From contig CP070784.1 of assembly GCA_020346605.1 (NCBI GenBank), forward strand, positions 1,051,947 through 1,107,312: a stretch of DNA of 55,366 bases, written 5' to 3'. Of the stretch, positions 47,989 through 55,366 are shown piece after piece. Within the stretch, counting starts at the first letter, position 1; every line of letters starts with the position of its first letter. The notes under the pieces were generated by a model. It ran no database searches. It saw only the letters and a list, made by a program, of their open reading frames with translations, and was not told the DNA's origin. The position numbers and the translations under genes are program-made. This DNA comes from Candidatus Bathyarchaeota archaeon. Its GTDB lineage: Archaea > Thermoproteota > Bathyarchaeia > TCS64.

Positions 47989-48094
47989 TGGCGCCGGGAA
48001 AGGGATTTGAACCCTTGCGTCCGTACGGACACTAGCTTTCCAGGCCTGAGCCACCCGAAGGCGTTAGCTCCCTTCCAGGCTAGGAGACCCCGGC
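47989..48094 (-). tRNA. tRNA-Ser(GGA), CCA encoded, with a 19-nt intron at position 29/30 (48046-48064)
   Basis: Acceptor GCCGGGG/TCCCGGC, T-arm AAGGG-TTCAAAT-CCCTT, long variable arm GTCCG/CGGAC; the anticodon stem CTAGC/GCTAG forms only after intron removal; strict BHB motif. Confidence 0.93.
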
Positions 48095-48242
48095 TCAGAA
48101 TATACCCAACACCCCCCCAATTTAGGCGTTACCCTGCCTGGGGGAGAGGGTGCAAGAGCCCCTGGTGCCAAGATTAACACGAGCGCAGGAGTTTTAAGCC
48201 TTTAATTCAGATTAAATAACCGGATAACAGGAGGAAAACATT

Positions 48243-50114
48243 GTGATAAACATTAAAAAAGCTTCGACACTGTTCCTATCTCTGCTTCTGGTGATGAGCC
48301 TCTTCACCCTCCCGGCGTACGCCGAGGAGAGGGAAGAGCTCTCCTTCGAGATGTGGACCCTCGACTGGGACACCATCTCCGTGGACGCGGGCGACGTGAT
48401 CGAGCAGATGCTCAGGGACATCGGCATCAGGATGAAGGCGATCCCCCTGAGCGACGAGGTGCTCTACGACAATCTCGACCTCGAGCACACCTACGAGGTT
48501 TACGAGATGAGCCACGGTTACGCCCCCTACCCGGCGCATCTGTACAGCAGGTTCCACTCCGACGAGATCCTCGACTACGGGGGTAACTACCCGGGGTACA
48601 GCAACTCCCAGTTCGACTCCCTCATCGACCAGTCCAACACCGAGCTGGACTTCGACGACAGGAAGGAGCTGCTGTGGCAGGCCCAGGAGCTTCTGGCCGA
48701 GGACCTACCCTATATTCCGCTGTTTACGTCCGACGACGTCCACGCTATCAGGAAGGAGTGGAAGGGCTACCACTGCATGCCCGGAGGCATCTTCAACTGG
48801 TTCAACAGGCTGACAACCATCGACCTCTACCACGAGGACCAGGAGTACGGCGCCGACTTCGTAATGGCCTACCCCTCGTTCATCAGGGACTACAACCCCA
48901 TAATGGCGGGTGACGGCCGTTCGCTGCTGGTGATGTCGATGGTCTTCGACCCCCTCGTCTCCTACGACGACGACTTGAACATCATACCCTGGCTCGCCAC
49001 CGACTGGGATGTTTCTGAGGATGGGCTCACCCTGACCTTCAACATAGTTGACGACGCTAAGTGGCACGACGGCGAGGACCTGACTGCCGAGGACGTCAAG
49101 TTCACCATCGACTTCTACAAGGAGCAGGAGGCCCCGTACGACCTAGCCCTCATAAACCGCATCGACTCCGTCGAGACCGACGGCGACTACACTGTGATAC
49201 TCCACATGACGGAGCCCTACGCCTGGGTCCTGTACGACCTGGAGGACGTCCCCATAATCCCCAAGCACGTCTGGGAGGACAAAACCTGGGACTGGGTCGT
49301 CCACCCCGACGCGATGCCAGTGGGATCCGGGCCCTTCATGTGGGACTCCTACGTCGACGGCGAGTGGATCAAGCTCGTGGCGAACCCCGACTACTGGATG
49401 GAGGGGAAGCCCCACCTGGGCTCCTTCACCGTCAGGGTGATCTCGGAGTCCTCGGCGCGCTTCCTAGCGATAAAGACCGGTGAGGTCCACTCGGAAAGAT
49501 ACGAGCTGGACGTGGGCTTCATAGACGCCGCCGAGAGGGAGGCCAACTTGGCGCCCCTCGAGGACACCTGGTGCGTCGGTATGTGGGACTACGTCATCAG
49601 CTTCAACCAGAGGACCGATCCCGCCCTGCAGGACCCCGTCGTGAAGAAGGCCATCGCCCACGCCATCGACAGGCAGAGGTTGGTCGACATCGCCAGGCTT
49701 GGATACGGGACAGCCACGGCGACCTTCATACCGCCCGCCTTCTTCGGACCCGCCTACGACAACCCCGACGCGACCCTCTACGAGTTCAACGTCTTCCTCG
49801 CCAACAAGATGCTGGACGCCGCCGGATACCTAGACACTGACGCCGACGGCATAAGGGAGATGCCCGTGGAGGTCGTCGAGGAGGAGGAAGAGGAGGAGCC
49901 CGCGGTCGAGCTCGAGAAGATAGAGGAGCTGGAGCAGTCCGTCGAGACACTCACCGCAAGTGTGACAGATGCGCTCGGCCTTGTGACTTCGCTGGAGGAC
50001 GATCTTGGGTCTCTGAGGACCCAGCTGAACAGCTCCCTCAACATGTCCTACGGCCTCGGAGCCCTTGCCCTATTGGTGGCCATCGTCGCAGTCTACTACG
50101 CGATGCGGAAGTAG
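48243..50114 (+). CDS. Family 5 (oligopeptide/dipeptide) ABC substrate-binding protein, circularly permuted, C-terminally anchored
   Basis: Signal peptide; the LATDWDVSEDG...KWHDG..TAEDVKFT signature is in mid-protein; C-terminal coiled coil and TM helix. Confidence 0.9.
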   Translation: MINIKKASTLFLSLLLVMSLFTLPAYAEEREELSFEMWTLDWDTISVDAGDVIEQMLRDIGIRMKAIPLSDEVLYDNLDLEHTYEVYEMSHGYAPYPAHLYSRFHSDEILDYGGNYPGYSNSQFDSLIDQSNTELDFDDRKELLWQAQELLAEDLPYIPLFTSDDVHAIRKEWKGYHCMPGGIFNWFNRLTTIDLYHEDQEYGADFVMAYPSFIRDYNPIMAGDGRSLLVMSMVFDPLVSYDDDLNIIPWLATDWDVSEDGLTLTFNIVDDAKWHDGEDLTAEDVKFTIDFYKEQEAPYDLALINRIDSVETDGDYTVILHMTEPYAWVLYDLEDVPIIPKHVWEDKTWDWVVHPDAMPVGSGPFMWDSYVDGEWIKLVANPDYWMEGKPHLGSFTVRVISESSARFLAIKTGEVHSERYELDVGFIDAAEREANLAPLEDTWCVGMWDYVISFNQRTDPALQDPVVKKAIAHAIDRQRLVDIARLGYGTATATFIPPAFFGPAYDNPDATLYEFNVFLANKMLDAAGYLDTDADGIREMPVEVVEEEEEEEPAVELEKIEELEQSVETLTASVTDALGLVTSLEDDLGSLRTQLNSSLNMSYGLGALALLVAIVAVYYAMRK

Positions 50115-50195
50115 CCCCAACCCCCTTTTATTTTGCCAAAAACCTTTTTGTTGACAAACCGGAGTATTAAACAGCAATTCTAACGGTAGATCCGG

Positions 50196-51182
50196 ATGGG
50201 CTTCAAGGAGTACGTGGGCAGGAGGACCCTCCAGGGGATCGTCACTGTGGCGCTCGCCGTGACGATGAACTTCCTCCTCTTCAGGATCATGCCGGGCGAC
50301 CCCACACGCTCCATCGTGGGGGACCCCCGGATAGAGACCGCGACGAGGCTCGCCCTTATCGCCAAGTTCGGCCTCGACAGGCCCCTCTTCGAGCAGTTCT
50401 TCCTCTACCTGTACAACCTGGCCCAGGGAGAGCTCGGGGTTTCCTTCGTGCTGAAGGGCAGGCCTGTGGTCGGGATCATCCTCGGGAGGAAACTGGTCAA
50501 CACCGTGGTCCTCATGGGATCGTCGATGTCCCTCGCCTTCGTTCTCGGCATCGTGGCTGGTGTCGTGGCGGCTTGGAGGAGGGGGTCGAAGATGGATATC
50601 TCCGCGGTCATTGTCTCCTTGGCAACGTACTCGATGCCCGTCTTCTGGTTCGGCATGCTCATGCTCCTATACCTCAGCTACTACCTGAACATCTTCCCCA
50701 TCGCGGGCACCATCACCCCAGGGCTAGTCCACGCCAATTTCTTCGAGTACATCAAGGACTACATCCGCCATCTGGTGACCCCCATGGTCACCCTCGCCGT
50801 CTCCTTCTTCGGCGGTTACTTCCTCTTCATGAGGGACACGATCCTTGACGTCTTCACCGAGGACTACATGCTCACTGCTAGGGCGAAGGGCCTCTCGGAC
50901 CGCAAGATCCTGTTCAAGCACGCTATGAGGAACGCACTGCTGCCCATGGTCTCGCTGATGGGGGTGCACGTCACCTTCCTGATCAGCGGGGCCACGTTGA
51001 CCGAGACAGTCTTCTCCTGGGACGGCCTTGGCAGGCTGATCTACGACTCCGTCAGGAACAACGACTACCCCGTGCTCCAAGGCCTGTTCCTGATCATGGC
51101 CGTGCTGGTGGTGACAGCCAGCATCATCGCAGACATCACGAATGCGTACCTCGACCCGAGGATAAGGCAAGCGGTGGAATGA
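50196..51182 (+). CDS. Peptide ABC transporter permease (OppB/DppB)
   Basis: MPGDP, TARAKGL..HAMRNA and DYPVLQG motifs. Confidence 0.93.
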   Translation: MGFKEYVGRRTLQGIVTVALAVTMNFLLFRIMPGDPTRSIVGDPRIETATRLALIAKFGLDRPLFEQFFLYLYNLAQGELGVSFVLKGRPVVGIILGRKLVNTVVLMGSSMSLAFVLGIVAGVVAAWRRGSKMDISAVIVSLATYSMPVFWFGMLMLLYLSYYLNIFPIAGTITPGLVHANFFEYIKDYIRHLVTPMVTLAVSFFGGYFLFMRDTILDVFTEDYMLTARAKGLSDRKILFKHAMRNALLPMVSLMGVHVTFLISGATLTETVFSWDGLGRLIYDSVRNNDYPVLQGLFLIMAVLVVTASIIADITNAYLDPRIRQAVE

Positions 51183-52093
51183 GTATGGCCGTAGGGGAGA
51201 AGCTGACGACGGGGTCCCTGATGAGGGAGCGGCTGTCCACACACCTGAGGAGGTTCGATAGCTTCTGGGAGCTCTACACTGCTAGCAGGATCGGCATGGT
51301 CGGCCTCGCAGTGATACTCGTCGTCATAATAGTGGCCATCCTGGCGCCGTACATCGCGCCCTACGATCCTAGGGCATTAGTCGGGGATCCCTTCCTACAC
51401 CCCAGCGTCGAGTACCTTCTGGGGACCGACCAGATCGGGAGGGACATCTTCAGCCAGCTGATCTGGGGGAGCAGGGTCTCCCTCATGGTGGGGCTGCTCG
51501 CCAGCGCCACGGGGGTCGCGATCGGCACATTCATTGGGCTGACATCGGGCTACTTCAGGGGGCCCCCGGACTCGATCCTCATGAGGATCACCGACCTCTT
51601 CATCACTCTGCCGAACCTTCCGCTGATGCTCATCCTGGCCGCTCTGATCGGTAGGAGTATGTGGAACATCATCCTCGTCATCGGCGTCACTGGCTGGACT
51701 GGCACGGCCAAGATGGTCCGCTCCCAGACCCTGTCCATCAAGGAGAGGCCATACGTAGAGGCCGCCAGGTCAGTTGGAGCCAGGGACCGCCACATCTTGA
51801 TCCGCCATATCATGCCTAACGTCCTGCCCCTGGTCTTCGCGAACGCGATCGTGGGTATCGTCGACGCGATCCTCGCTGAGTCGGGGCTCAGCTTCCTCGG
51901 CCTGGGGGATCCGACGAAGCCCAGCTGGGGCCTAATACTCCGCTACGCCAACGAAGCCGGCGCTCTCGCCACGGGCAGATGGTGGTTCATCATCCCACCG
52001 GGTGTCTGTATCATGCTCGTGGCCATTGGGTTCGCCTTCTCCAGCTACAGCTTGGACCAGATACTGAACCCTAGACTGAGGAAGAGGAGGTAG
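51179..52093 (+). CDS. Peptide ABC transporter permease (OppC/DppC)
   Basis: LGTDQIGRD, YVEAARSVGA and LSFLGLG motifs. Confidence 0.93.
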   Translation: MSMAVGEKLTTGSLMRERLSTHLRRFDSFWELYTASRIGMVGLAVILVVIIVAILAPYIAPYDPRALVGDPFLHPSVEYLLGTDQIGRDIFSQLIWGSRVSLMVGLLASATGVAIGTFIGLTSGYFRGPPDSILMRITDLFITLPNLPLMLILAALIGRSMWNIILVIGVTGWTGTAKMVRSQTLSIKERPYVEAARSVGARDRHILIRHIMPNVLPLVFANAIVGIVDAILAESGLSFLGLGDPTKPSWGLILRYANEAGALATGRWWFIIPPGVCIMLVAIGFAFSSYSLDQILNPRLRKRR

Positions 52094-52097
52094 ACAG

Positions 52098-53084
52098 GTG
52101 CCCATCCTGGAAGTCAGAGGTCTTGTGACCCACTACCTCACAATGCAGGGACCCGTCGAGGCGGTGAGCGGCGTCAGCTTCACTGTGGACGAGGGGCAGA
52201 CCCTGGGGCTGGCGGGAGAGTCGGGGTGCGGCAAGACGACCGCCGCCCTCTCGATCATGGGGCTGCTTCCCTCCAATGGCAGGATCATCGGAGGGGAGAT
52301 AATACTCGACGGTGAGGACCTGCTCAAGAAAGACGAGAGCGAGCTGAGGGAGACCCGGTGGAGGAAGGTGTCCATCGTCTTCCAAGGGGCGATGAACGCC
52401 CTCAACCCCGTCATCAACGTAGGCGAGCAGATAGCGGAGGCCATCCTCGAGAAGGAAGAGGTCACCCGTGACGAGGCATGGGAAAGGGTGAGGGAGCTCT
52501 TCGACCTGGTGGAGCTGGAGCCCGGTAGGGTGAAGGAGTTCCCACACGAGTTCAGCGGCGGTATGAGGCAGCGGGTGATGATCGCCATGGCCCTCGCCTG
52601 CAACCCCAAGCTGGTGATCGCCGACGAGCCGATAACGGCGCTCGACGTCATCGTCCAGAACCAGATAATGGAGCTGATGAAGAGCCTGCAGAGCAGGATG
52701 AATCTCTCCCAGATGCTGATAACCCACGACCTCTCGGTGATAGCGGAGACGTGCGACAGGGTGGGGATCATGTACGCGGGCAAGCTCATGGAGTACGCCG
52801 ACGTTGGGCCCATCTTCAAGCGCCCACTCCACCCCTACACCAGCCTGCTCATCGGCGCATACCCGAGCATTGTCGGAGAGAAGAGGCCCCTAAAATTCAT
52901 CCCAGGGGCCCCGCCGAACCTCATCGACCCGCCGAAGGGGTGCAGGTTCCATCCCAGATGCCCGTACGCCCAGGAGATATGCGGCAGGGAGGAGCCCAGC
53001 TTCCTTGAGGAGGAGCCAGGGCACCACGCTGCATGCCACTTCGTCGACGAACTCAGGGGCACTCTCAGTATCGGTGATGGCTAA
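52098..53084 (+). CDS. Peptide ABC transporter ATPase (OppD/DppD)
   Basis: GESGCGKT, FSGGMRQR, HPYT and CRFHPRC motifs. Confidence 0.93.
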   Translation: MPILEVRGLVTHYLTMQGPVEAVSGVSFTVDEGQTLGLAGESGCGKTTAALSIMGLLPSNGRIIGGEIILDGEDLLKKDESELRETRWRKVSIVFQGAMNALNPVINVGEQIAEAILEKEEVTRDEAWERVRELFDLVELEPGRVKEFPHEFSGGMRQRVMIAMALACNPKLVIADEPITALDVIVQNQIMELMKSLQSRMNLSQMLITHDLSVIAETCDRVGIMYAGKLMEYADVGPIFKRPLHPYTSLLIGAYPSIVGEKRPLKFIPGAPPNLIDPPKGCRFHPRCPYAQEICGREEPSFLEEEPGHHAACHFVDELRGTLSIGDG

Positions 53085-54052
53085 TGTCAGAGGAGCTTAT
53101 AGTCAGGGACCTGAAAAAGTGGTTCCCGAGGAGAAGTAGCTTCTTCTCCAAGACCGAGTACGTCAGGGCGGTCGACGGCGTGAGCTTCGAGATAGAGAAG
53201 GGCGATGTGCTCTGCCTCGCCGGTGAGAGCGGATGCGGAAAGACGACGACTGGCAGGGTGGTCCTCAGGCTCATCGAGCCGACCGAGGGCCACGTCTTCC
53301 TCCACGGCGTCGACATCTTCTCCCTCGGCAAGAACGAGCTGAGGAGGATGCGCCCAGAAATGCAGATGATCTTCCAGGACCCGTACGAGTCGCTGGACCC
53401 CCGGATGGATGTCTTCAGCATCCTCGCCGAGCCCTTGGAGGTCAACAGGGCTGTCACTGGGTACGCGAACATCAGGGACAGGGTCCACAAGGTCCTGGAG
53501 GACGTCAGGCTGGTCCCCATCGAGGAGTTCAATAGGAGGTTCCCCCACGAGCTCAGCGGAGGCCAGAGGCAGAGGGTCGCTATAGCTAGGGCGCTGATGC
53601 TCAACCCGAGGTTCATGGTAGCGGACGAGCCCGTCTCCATGCTCGACGCCTCGATCAGGACCGAGATACTGAACCTCCTCACCGACCTTCGCGAGAAGTA
53701 CAACCTGACTTTCCTCTACATCACCCACGACATCGCCCAAGCCCGGTACGTGGGCGACCAGCTCATGATCATGTACCTGGGTAAGGTCGTGGAGAGGGGG
53801 CCCATGGAGGACGTTATCCAAGAACCGATCCACCCCTACACGAAGGCCCTCATCAGCAACGTCCCGGTACCGGACCCCGCAGCAGAGAGGGAGAGGATCT
53901 TAATAGAAGGGGAAACCCCGACACCGATAGACCTTCCAGAGGGATGCAGGTTCTGCCCGCGCTGCACCGAGGGCGAGGCCCTGTGTGAAGCCGAGGAACC
54001 CGAGCTCCGAAAGGTGGGAGAGGATCGATGGGTCGCCTGCTGCCTCGCTTAG
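53084..54052 (+). CDS. Peptide ABC transporter ATPase (OppF/DppF)
   Basis: GESGCGKT, LSGGQRQR, DEPVSMLD and HPYT motifs. Confidence 0.93.
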   Translation: MSEELIVRDLKKWFPRRSSFFSKTEYVRAVDGVSFEIEKGDVLCLAGESGCGKTTTGRVVLRLIEPTEGHVFLHGVDIFSLGKNELRRMRPEMQMIFQDPYESLDPRMDVFSILAEPLEVNRAVTGYANIRDRVHKVLEDVRLVPIEEFNRRFPHELSGGQRQRVAIARALMLNPRFMVADEPVSMLDASIRTEILNLLTDLREKYNLTFLYITHDIAQARYVGDQLMIMYLGKVVERGPMEDVIQEPIHPYTKALISNVPVPDPAAERERILIEGETPTPIDLPEGCRFCPRCTEGEALCEAEEPELRKVGEDRWVACCLA

Positions 54053-54163
54053 GTTCCGAAGAATGTGAGAAATTAAATTATCCCGTTTAGAAAATCCTTC
54101 GAGGGATGAATGCTTCCAAGACGTTTAAGAGGTACCGAGCCCAAGATACCCCGGTGAACCGGA

Positions 54164-54499
54164 ATGCACATGGACTGGATTCAACGTAGCGAGAAGACAC
54201 TGGAGCAGATACAGAAACTCATGGAGAGCCCCGACCAGGACAGGCTGGAGCTCGTGCGCGTCATGAGGGTGGCCTTCGGAGCTCTCGGCAACAGCCTCGG
54301 CGGCTGGATGCAGTGGGTCAACAGCCCAGAGATCATGTCCAACTTCACGCAGGAGGAGCTTCAGGAGATGGCCACCAAGATCACAGACATGGTGACCGCG
54401 TTTGTCTCCTTCGACATCGAGATGACCAACAGGGGAATGCAGAAAGGACTGGCGAAGCAGAGGGCAGCAAACCAGCAGCAGGTCCGCTTCGTCATCTAG
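54164..54499 (+). CDS. DUF2153-like archaeal protein
   Basis: DRLELV...SLGGWMQWV..PEIM..F..EEL pattern. Confidence 0.75.
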   Translation: MHMDWIQRSEKTLEQIQKLMESPDQDRLELVRVMRVAFGALGNSLGGWMQWVNSPEIMSNFTQEELQEMATKITDMVTAFVSFDIEMTNRGMQKGLAKQRAANQQQVRFVI

Positions 54500-54900
54500 A
54501 GAACCCTTTCGCCTGCGCCGGGACCCCCCCGAGCCTGGTAGACCTCCTCGACTTTTACGACGACGACCGCTCTCCCTAGTAGCGGACGCTCCTTGTTCGT
54601 AGCCTTTTCATGGCCCTTCTCATAGAGGGGCCCCTCCAACTGGACCTCCATTCGCCCCTTGAACTGGAAGGACTTCCGGGCGTCTCTGTCCCATCCGACG
54701 AACGCCACTCGCGGGTTCGCCTTGAGGTTCCTCATCGTCTTGTTCAGGAATTTGTCGACGACCACCAGGGTCTCGTCGTCCTCTCACCACCAAATCCCAA
54801 CCAGGGTCACATTCGGCTTCCCGGAAGCGTCCGCCGTGGCCATGGGTGTGATTCTCTGCTTTTCAAGGACGACTTTCATTTCTTGGGATACCTTGACCAT
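54496..54900 (-). pseudogene. Pyridoxamine 5'-phosphate oxidase family protein with one in-frame TGA
   Basis: 135 codons from ATG 54900: MATADASGKPNV...IWW*EDDETLVVVD...KTMRNLKANPRV...SFQFKG; TGA at 54784-54786. Confidence 0.8.
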
Positions 54901-54988
54901 GTCAATCACTCAGCCCTCTGACGCTAGCGGCGCATATGAAACCTTCGCCCATATCTCCAAGGGGTGATGGATGATCGAAAGGTTCACT

Positions 54989-55366
54989 TTAAAGCGGTTC
55001 CCACCAGTGGGGAAAGTCCACCTCCATCCTCCCCTCCTTGGAGTAGACCGTCATACCCTCGTCGCTGAACTGCACAATGAAGCCGTCGAGGAACTTCACC
55101 CATTCCCGGCTGGGGAGGAGACCGAACCAGTGGAACATGAACGCGGCGACCCACGTGTCGTGGCTCGCGTAGACGTCGAAGGAGTCAGAGCCGCCCGAAC
55201 GCAGGTTCCCCATCATGATCTCGGCGCCCTTCTTGGCGAACTCCATCGAGGGCATCAACACCTCTGGGGGGAAGTGGCCCGACACCCACCTGTAAAAGTA
55301 GCCCTGGGCGTGGTATTCGGTGTCGGAGAATCTGGATAGGTGCCTGTAGTACGCCTCGTGATTGAG
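54989..55366 (-). CDS. Histidine phosphatase family protein, C-terminal part (runs off the window)
   Basis: Frame open to the window end; YASHD second catalytic-His motif. Confidence 0.6.
   Translation of the reverse strand, partial: LNHEAYYRHLSRFSDTEYHAQGYFYRWVSGHFPPEVLMPSMEFAKKGAEIMMGNLRSGGSDSFDVYASHDTWVAAFMFHWFGLLPSREWVKFLDGFIVQFSDEGMTVYSKEGRMEVDFPHWWEPL

Noticed and set aside
2222-49460. Isolated GCGCGC/CGCGCG hexamers inside intact genes (e.g. near 2222, 22498, 26139, 43959, 47565, 49455)
   Set aside because: Expected by chance in GC-rich coding DNA; frames and family motifs are undisturbed.
1113-53833. Many long antisense or alternate-frame ORFs in the ORF track (e.g. 1113-1901, 3033-3833, 40398-41432, 52071-52832)
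   Set aside because: Shadow ORFs caused by strong GC3 bias; they overlap well-supported genes and lack family motifs.
54784-54786. Selenocysteine recoding
   Set aside because: The context is a Trp run rather than a Cys position, and no SECIS-like element was recognised.
1-55366. CRISPR array, rRNA, IS transposase or integrase
   Set aside because: No regularly spaced repeats, rRNA-like sequence or DDE/tyrosine-recombinase motifs were seen.

Overview
Archaeal chromosomal segment, most likely Bathyarchaeia. This is inferred from a BHB-intron tRNA, TATA-type promoters, DUF2153/DUF3795/DUF4760-like families, GC3-rich genes and AT-rich spacers. It carries mre11-rad50, a ThuA/Gfo-Idh-MocA/TIM-barrel sugar cluster, an M14 peptidase, a Na+/H+ antiporter, guaB with split purH, an arginine-deiminase-family gene, a transglutaminase-MoxR-DUF58 operon, cyclophilin, serS, comB, tRNA-Ser(GGA) with a 29/30 intron and an Opp/Dpp ABC operon. 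The most striking unexplained signal is a set of about 20 short alternating (GC)n tracts. All 12 tracts of 8 nt or more that I found lie outside intact genes, and several sit exactly at the break points of truncated, internally deleted or chimeric genes or at the borders of AT-richer DNA. This looks like the scar of an undescribed end-joining or DNA-capture mechanism, although a library or assembly artefact must be excluded. Other notable items: two diverged copies of the same internally deleted molybdopterin-oxidoreductase mini-gene, a circularly permuted family-5 solute-binding protein, a degenerate tRNA-Ser 3' repeat enclosing an RHH-like gene, an iteron-bearing mobile-element remnant and a 14-aa lysine-rich micro-ORF. 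All family assignments come from motif recognition by eye; no database searches were run.
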